A DNA stretch of 32,000 nt from Wolbachia endosymbiont of Litomosoides sigmodontis (lineage in GTDB: Bacteria > Pseudomonadota > Alphaproteobacteria > Rickettsiales > Anaplasmataceae). The notes beneath the pieces were generated by a model that worked only from the letters and a program-made list of their open reading frames with translations, was not told the DNA's origin and made no database searches. The position numbers and the translations under genes are program-made. Numbering within the stretch: the stretch's first letter is position 1; the number at the start of each line of letters is the position of its first letter. Of the stretch, positions 27,418 through 32,000 are shown one piece after another. The DNA is taken from the NCBI RefSeq assembly GCF_013365435.1, contig NZ_CP046577.1, forward strand, positions 480,001 through 512,000. The letters run 5' to 3'.

Positions 27418-27446
27418 TTGTAATCGACGAGTCCTATACTTATATA
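27418..27446 (+). promoter_or_regulatory. Candidate promoter upstream of dnaK
   Basis: TTGTAA (27418-27423), 17 nt spacer, TATATA (27441-27446). AAGGGAG SD lies 8 nt before the ATG. Confidence 0.35.
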
Positions 27447-27485
27447 TTCTTATATCAGACAACATTTATTAAGGGAGTATTCATT

Positions 27486-29393
27486 ATGGGAAGAGCAATA
27501 GGTATAGATCTTGGAACAACAAATTCTTGTGTTGCAATACAAGGTAAGATAATAGAAAATAAAGAAGGAGCAAGGACTACTCCGTCTATAGTTGCATTTA
27601 CTTCATCAGGAGAGAGATTAATTGGTGCTCCAGCAAAAAGACAAGCAACTACTAATGCAAGTAATACTTTTTTTGCTACTAAGAGATTAATAGGTCGTCA
27701 GTATGGTGATCATGAAATGAAAGGTCTGAATGTGCCATATAAGGTGTTTGCAGCAAAAAATGGTGATGCATGGATTAAAACAACAGATGGTAAAGAATAC
27801 TCTCCTAGTCAAATTGGTGCTTTTATACTACAAAATCTAAAAGAGGCAGCAGAAGCTTATCTTGGGGAAGAAGTAAAGGATGCTGTGATAACAGTGCCAG
27901 CATATTTTAACGATTCTCAACGTCAAGCAACAAAAGATGCAGGGAAAATTGCTGGGTTGAATGTGCTTAGAATAGTTAATGAGCCAACTGCTGCGGCACT
28001 TGCTTATGGTCTTGATAAGAAGCATGGGCACACAATAGTGGTATATGACCTTGGTGGTGGTACATTTGACGTTTCAATACTTGAAATAGGTGATGGAGTT
28101 TTTGAAGTAAAAGCTACGAATGGTGATACCCACCTTGGAGGTGAAGATTTTGATAATGCAATAGTAAGTTATTTACTAGATGAATTTAAAAAAACTAATG
28201 GCATTGATCTAAAAAATGATCCAATGGCTATGCAAAGAATTAAAGAAGCTGCTGAAAAAGCGAAAATTGAATTATCAAGTGCAATGGAAACAGAAATAAA
28301 TCTGCCATTTATTACGGCAGATGCAAGTGGTCCAAAACACTTAAATATGAAATTAACAAGGGCTAAACTTGAAAGTTTAGTAAATGATTTAATCGAAAGA
28401 ACTATGGCTCCTTGCAAAAAAGCTCTTGAAGATGCTGGTTTATCTGCTAATCAAATTGGTGAAGTAGTGCTTGTTGGTGGTATGACTCGTATGCCAAAGG
28501 TAATAGAAAAAGTTAAAGAATTCTTTGGCAAGGACCCACATAGAGGAGTAAATCCTGATGAAGTTGTAGCAATCGGTGCTGCGATACAAGCAGGAATTGT
28601 TCAAGGTGATGTAAGGGATGTGTTATTACTTGATGTAACTCCGCTTTCTCTTGGTATTGAAACTTTAGGAGGGGTATTCACTCCACTTATTGAACGTAAT
28701 ACTACTATTCCTACTAAAAAATCTCAAGTATTTTCAACTGCAGAAGATAATCAAACGGCTGTAACAATTAAAGTATATCAAGGTGAAAGGAAATTGGCAG
28801 TTGATAATAAGCTGCTTGGTCAATTTAGTTTGGAGGGTATACCACCTGCTCCTCATGGAGTTCCTCAGATTGAAGTGACATTCGATATAGATGCAAATGG
28901 AATAGTACATGTTTCTGCAAAAGATAAAGCTACTGGAAAAGAGCAGAAAATACGTATTCAGTCTTCAGGTGGCTTATCTGAGAGTGAAATAAATCGTATG
29001 ATAAAAGAGGCTGAGGAAAAAGCACAGGAAGATGAAAAACGTAAGAAATTTATTGAAGTGAAGAACCAAGCAGATAGCTTAATTCATTCTACGGAAAAGT
29101 CTCTAAGAGAGTATGGTGATAAGGTTTCATTAGAAGATAAATCTGCTATTGAAAATGCAGTTAATGAATTAAAAGCAGCTAGTAAATCTGATAACATTGA
29201 TGACACTAATTCAATACAACAGAAAATTACTAATCTTTCTCAATTATCTATGAAGCTTGGCGAGGCTATGTATAAAGAATCTCAGCAACAACAGGGAAAA
29301 GAAAGTTCTGCTAGTTCATCAACAATGAATGAGGAAGAAAAAGTAGTAGATTCTGATTATCAAGACATAGATAATAAGGAAGAGAATAAATAA
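27486..29393 (+). CDS. dnaK: Hsp70 chaperone DnaK
   Basis: 635 aa. [23 protein letters not shown] and [12 protein letters not shown] signatures. No grpE or dnaJ adjacent. Confidence 0.97.
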   Translation: MGRAIGIDLGTTNSCVAIQGKIIENKEGARTTPSIVAFTSSGERLIGAPAKRQATTNASNTFFATKRLIGRQYGDHEMKGLNVPYKVFAAKNGDAWIKTTDGKEYSPSQIGAFILQNLKEAAEAYLGEEVKDAVITVPAYFNDSQRQATKDAGKIAGLNVLRIVNEPTAAALAYGLDKKHGHTIVVYDLGGGTFDVSILEIGDGVFEVKATNGDTHLGGEDFDNAIVSYLLDEFKKTNGIDLKNDPMAMQRIKEAAEKAKIELSSAMETEINLPFITADASGPKHLNMKLTRAKLESLVNDLIERTMAPCKKALEDAGLSANQIGEVVLVGGMTRMPKVIEKVKEFFGKDPHRGVNPDEVVAIGAAIQAGIVQGDVRDVLLLDVTPLSLGIETLGGVFTPLIERNTTIPTKKSQVFSTAEDNQTAVTIKVYQGERKLAVDNKLLGQFSLEGIPPAPHGVPQIEVTFDIDANGIVHVSAKDKATGKEQKIRIQSSGGLSESEINRMIKEAEEKAQEDEKRKKFIEVKNQADSLIHSTEKSLREYGDKVSLEDKSAIENAVNELKAASKSDNIDDTNSIQQKITNLSQLSMKLGEAMYKESQQQQGKESSASSSTMNEEEKVVDSDYQDIDNKEENK

Positions 29394-29405
29394 GAGTGTA
29401 TTTTG

Positions 29406-29426
29406 TGCCAGCACTTGACGCTAGCA
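29406..29426 (+). repeat. Degenerate copy of the short palindromic element; possible dnaK terminator-like hairpin
   Basis: TGCCAGC-ACTTGAC-GCTAGCA: 7-bp arms with one mismatch, 13 nt after the dnaK stop. The core resembles CCAGTGCTTGACACTGG seen at 283-303 and 31018-31037. No T-tract follows. Confidence 0.4.
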
Positions 29427-29467
29427 TCTAGGGAGAAAGAGCTATTATTAACTACTTAGATGGCAGA

Positions 29468-29779
29468 ATGGGTATCATTAAAACAATAGAAGAAAAAATA
29501 CGTGGTTCAATAGATGTAATTAATATTGATATTGTCGATGAGTCCGTAAAGCATACAAGTCATTATTTTTCTTCATCTTCAACGCTACCTTCACATATCA
29601 AGCTAATACTAATATCTGACAATTTTACAGGAATGGATAGCCTCAAAAGGCACAAGTTGATTTATAAGTTATTAAAGAATGAGATAGAGCTAATACATGC
29701 AATTTCTCTTCACTTATATACACAAAGCGAATACAATTTAAAAAAAACAGAACGTGAAAGAGGAATCATTATTAGTTAA
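29468..29779 (+). CDS. BolA-family protein
   Basis: 103 aa. VDESVKHTSH...H(I)KLILISDNFTGMDSLKRHKLIYKLL...IHAISLHLYT fits the BolA pattern (DeS..H.gH...Hf.v.ivS..F.g...l.RHr.vy..l...iHAl.l.t). Confidence 0.8.
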   Translation: MGIIKTIEEKIRGSIDVINIDIVDESVKHTSHYFSSSSTLPSHIKLILISDNFTGMDSLKRHKLIYKLLKNEIELIHAISLHLYTQSEYNLKKTERERGIIIS

Positions 29780-30959
29780 GGCAGGAAGAAAGTTTGAGGA
29801 TTATAAAGGTTCTATGAATCCACCAATTTATCATTCTTCTACTATATTATTTCCTACTTACAAAGACTACTTAGATGCAGCAAATGGAAAAAGCATATAT
29901 GATGTGGCAAATGATGATGTTATAAGAGACCATAGCTATGGTAGTGTTGGCACTCCCACCGTTCATTATTTTTCAAATGCACTTGCTGAAATTGAGGGTA
30001 GGGGACAAGCATTAATCTATCCTTCTGGATTGTTTGCACTAACTTTTACCATTCTGACTTTTGCTAGAGCAGGTTCGCATATTTTAATTCAAGATAATAG
30101 CTATTATCGACTTAAGAGGTTTGCTAAAAATGAGCTACCGAAAAGAGGAGTAGAGGTAACTTTCTATGATCCAACACAGGGTATAGCTAGTTTGATTCAG
30201 AGTAATACTGAATTAATAATGATTGAGACTCCTGGTTCTATAACGTTTGAGATTTCAAATATAGAACATATAGTGAAAGTTGCTAAGGAGCATAAAATTT
30301 TGACCGTTTGCGATAATTCGTGGGCTACTCCTTTGTTATTCAGGCCACTTGATTATGGTATTGATGTTGCATTGTATGGGGTTACGAAGTATATAGCCGG
30401 TCACTCAGATTTATTAATGGGAGCCATTATTGCTGAAGGTGAGGTTTTTAAATTGCTCTATAAAAACTGCAGGAATTATGGAGTTACTGTGCAACCATAC
30501 GACTGTTACCTTGCACATCGAGGGCTAAGAACACTGCACATACGCATGAGGAAGCATCAAAGTACAGCAATGAAAGCAGCAAAGTGGTTAGAAAAGCATT
30601 CAAAAGTAAAAAAAGTCTTATATCCAGCACTTCCTTCCCACCCTCAACATGAATTATGGAAGAGTTACTTCAAAGGAGCAAGCGGCGTATTTAGTATAGT
30701 ACTGGATAGAGAATATTCATGTGAGGAACTAAGCTATATGGTTGATCATATGAAAATTTTTAATATCGGTGCTTCTTGGGGAGGGTGTGATAGTTTGATA
30801 TTACCAATAGATCGTAAATCTGTGTTAAGATCTGTAATGAATTCAGATTATAGTGGAAGTTTCGTGCGAATATTTTGTGGGCTAGAAGATCCTGAAGATT
30901 TAATTTCTGATTTGAATGCTGCATTAGCAAGGTTGTCATGTTTTGGGCTTTCAAGCTGA
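29754..30959 (+). CDS. metC: Cystathionine beta-lyase (Cys/Met-metabolism PLP enzyme)
   Basis: 401 aa with a GTG start. Blocks ETPGSITFEI, DNSWATPLLFRPLDYGIDVALYGVTKYIAGHSDLLMG (PLP Lys), SWGGCDSLILP and IFCGLEDPEDLISDL align along E. coli MetC. Overlaps the bolA-like gene by 26 nt. Confidence 0.88.
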   Translation: MKEESLLVKAGRKFEDYKGSMNPPIYHSSTILFPTYKDYLDAANGKSIYDVANDDVIRDHSYGSVGTPTVHYFSNALAEIEGRGQALIYPSGLFALTFTILTFARAGSHILIQDNSYYRLKRFAKNELPKRGVEVTFYDPTQGIASLIQSNTELIMIETPGSITFEISNIEHIVKVAKEHKILTVCDNSWATPLLFRPLDYGIDVALYGVTKYIAGHSDLLMGAIIAEGEVFKLLYKNCRNYGVTVQPYDCYLAHRGLRTLHIRMRKHQSTAMKAAKWLEKHSKVKKVLYPALPSHPQHELWKSYFKGASGVFSIVLDREYSCEELSYMVDHMKIFNIGASWGGCDSLILPIDRKSVLRSVMNSDYSGSFVRIFCGLEDPEDLISDLNAALARLSCFGLSS

Positions 30960-30970
30960 TGATGTAGGAG

Positions 30971-32000
30971 ATGATACTGAGAGCATTGCTGCATGATATT
31001 GGTAGTTTTCCTGTTATCCAAGTGTCAAGCACTGGGGTTCAGCAATTAGCGTTACACACTGGAACAATACTAGACAACTGCACTATTGATTTTAACCTTG
31101 AGGTTAAGGGTGTTACGTGTAACCCGAAGAAAGTTAAAGATGGTTATCTCTTTGTTTGTGTATCGGAAGAAGGTGAAAGATATGTAAGTATTGTAAAAGC
31201 TTCAGTAATAATAGCGAGTTTAAATGCAGTTCCAGCACATGGCGCTGAGATCTGTATCTTTTACCCCAATCCTCTAGCCATATATGGCAAAATAGTTAGC
31301 AGATTTTATCAATTTAAGCAGCTCAAATATGTTACTGCTGTAACAGGTACAAATGGTAAGACTTCAGTGGTGGAGTTTTGCCGTCAAATCTGGCAAAATG
31401 CAGGTTATAATGCAGCATCTGTGGGAACACTTGGAACATGTGTTAATAATGAAAGGGAAGATAATAACAACAGCCTTACTACTCCAGATGCAAATGATCT
31501 CTATTTCATATTGCGTGATGTGAATAGCAAAAATATAGAACACTTAGCATTAGAGGCTTCGAGTCATGGAATTGATCAGTATAGAATTCATGGATTAAAA
31601 TTAAATGCTGCAGCTTTTACTAATTTCTCACAAGATCATTTGGATTATCATAAAGACGTAAGTAAATATTTCGAAGCTAAGAAAAGGTTATTTTACGAGG
31701 TACTGCCAGAAGGAAAAACGGCAGTATTAAATTCGGATATAGATGAATATTACGCATTACTCAAGATAGCTAAAAAACGTGGCAACAAAGTTATAGCATA
31801 TGGAAAAATAGGATCTGACATTACTTTATTAAGACAGATTCCCACTTTTGATGGTCAGCATCTTATAATTAGAATTGGTAATGAAGTTTACAGTATGTTT
31901 TTTCCAGTTTTAGGGCAGTTTCAGGCGTATAATTTGCTGTGTGCAATAGGTATAGTTATTGCATCTAAGTTAGATTATCGTAAGATATGTATAAATAAAC
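30971..32000 (+). CDS. murE: UDP-N-acetylmuramoyl-tripeptide synthetase MurE (5' part; runs off window end)
   Basis: Hand translation from ATG 30971: MILRALLHDIGSFPVIQVSSTGVQQLALH...VTCNPKKVKDGYLFVC...VTGTNGKTSVVEFC...LEASSHGIDQYR. This shows the Mur-ligase ATP motif and MurE-type N-terminus. The true start could instead be GTG 31022. Confidence 0.85.
   Translation, partial: MILRALLHDIGSFPVIQVSSTGVQQLALHTGTILDNCTIDFNLEVKGVTCNPKKVKDGYLFVCVSEEGERYVSIVKASVIIASLNAVPAHGAEICIFYPNPLAIYGKIVSRFYQFKQLKYVTAVTGTNGKTSVVEFCRQIWQNAGYNAASVGTLGTCVNNEREDNNNSLTTPDANDLYFILRDVNSKNIEHLALEASSHGIDQYRIHGLKLNAAAFTNFSQDHLDYHKDVSKYFEAKKRLFYEVLPEGKTAVLNSDIDEYYALLKIAKKRGNKVIAYGKIGSDITLLRQIPTFDGQHLIIRIGNEVYSMFFPVLGQFQAYNLLCAIGIVIASKLDYRKICINK
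31018..31037. repeat. Short palindromic element copy (CCAAGTGTCAAGCACTGGGG) in the murE 5' region
   Basis: Matches the 283-303 core at about 16 of 19 positions by hand alignment. Encodes VIQVSSTGVQ in the murE frame. Confidence 0.55.

Noticed and set aside
27417-27440. Sigma32 (RpoH) promoter call for dnaK from CTTGTA ... CCTATACT
   Set aside because: The spacer between the two elements is only about 10 nt, against the 13-17 nt expected. A sigma70-like reading (TTGTAA-17-TATATA) fits better, so no sigma32 claim is made.
1-32000. Search for CRISPR arrays, tandem repeats, rRNA, tmRNA, RNase P or 4.5S RNA signatures, prophage, cif or ankyrin genes, or defence-system gene clusters
   Set aside because: I saw no regularly spaced direct repeats, no conserved ncRNA signature strings in the intergenic regions, and no multi-gene accessory cluster. 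Every ORF longer than 100 aa except 7528-8025 is assignable to a housekeeping family.

Overview
This is an AT-rich, tightly packed core-genome segment. Its gene content and short palindromic motifs fit a Wolbachia-like (Anaplasmataceae, Rickettsiales) endosymbiont, but I cannot confirm that without a database search. Almost everything is housekeeping. In order: addA (5' end), ispE, a DUF498/Mth938-like gene, znuB, holA, a PBP5/6-type DD-carboxypeptidase, dxr, clpB, a giant NAD-glutamate dehydrogenase, a TatA/B-like gene, pleD, dnaE, rpsF-rpsR-rplI, purB, one tRNA(CAT), rpmG, an Rne/Rng ribonuclease, dnaK, a bolA-like gene, metC and murE (5' part). I see no CRISPR array, prophage block, cif/ankyrin cluster or recognisable multi-gene defence system. 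I also found no convincing new multi-gene system. The non-core content is small. It comprises three decayed copies of one IS630-family element and an orphan XRE/HTH_37 antitoxin-like gene lying between the tRNA and rpmG. A short palindromic element also appears in frame inside addA and in the murE 5' end. One orphan His/Asp-rich hypothetical gene sits between dxr and clpB. The most unusual protein-level feature is a 140-codon in-frame insertion in ribosomal protein S6, bounded by a short imperfect direct repeat; L33 has a smaller insertion. All calls come from hand translation and motif recognition only.
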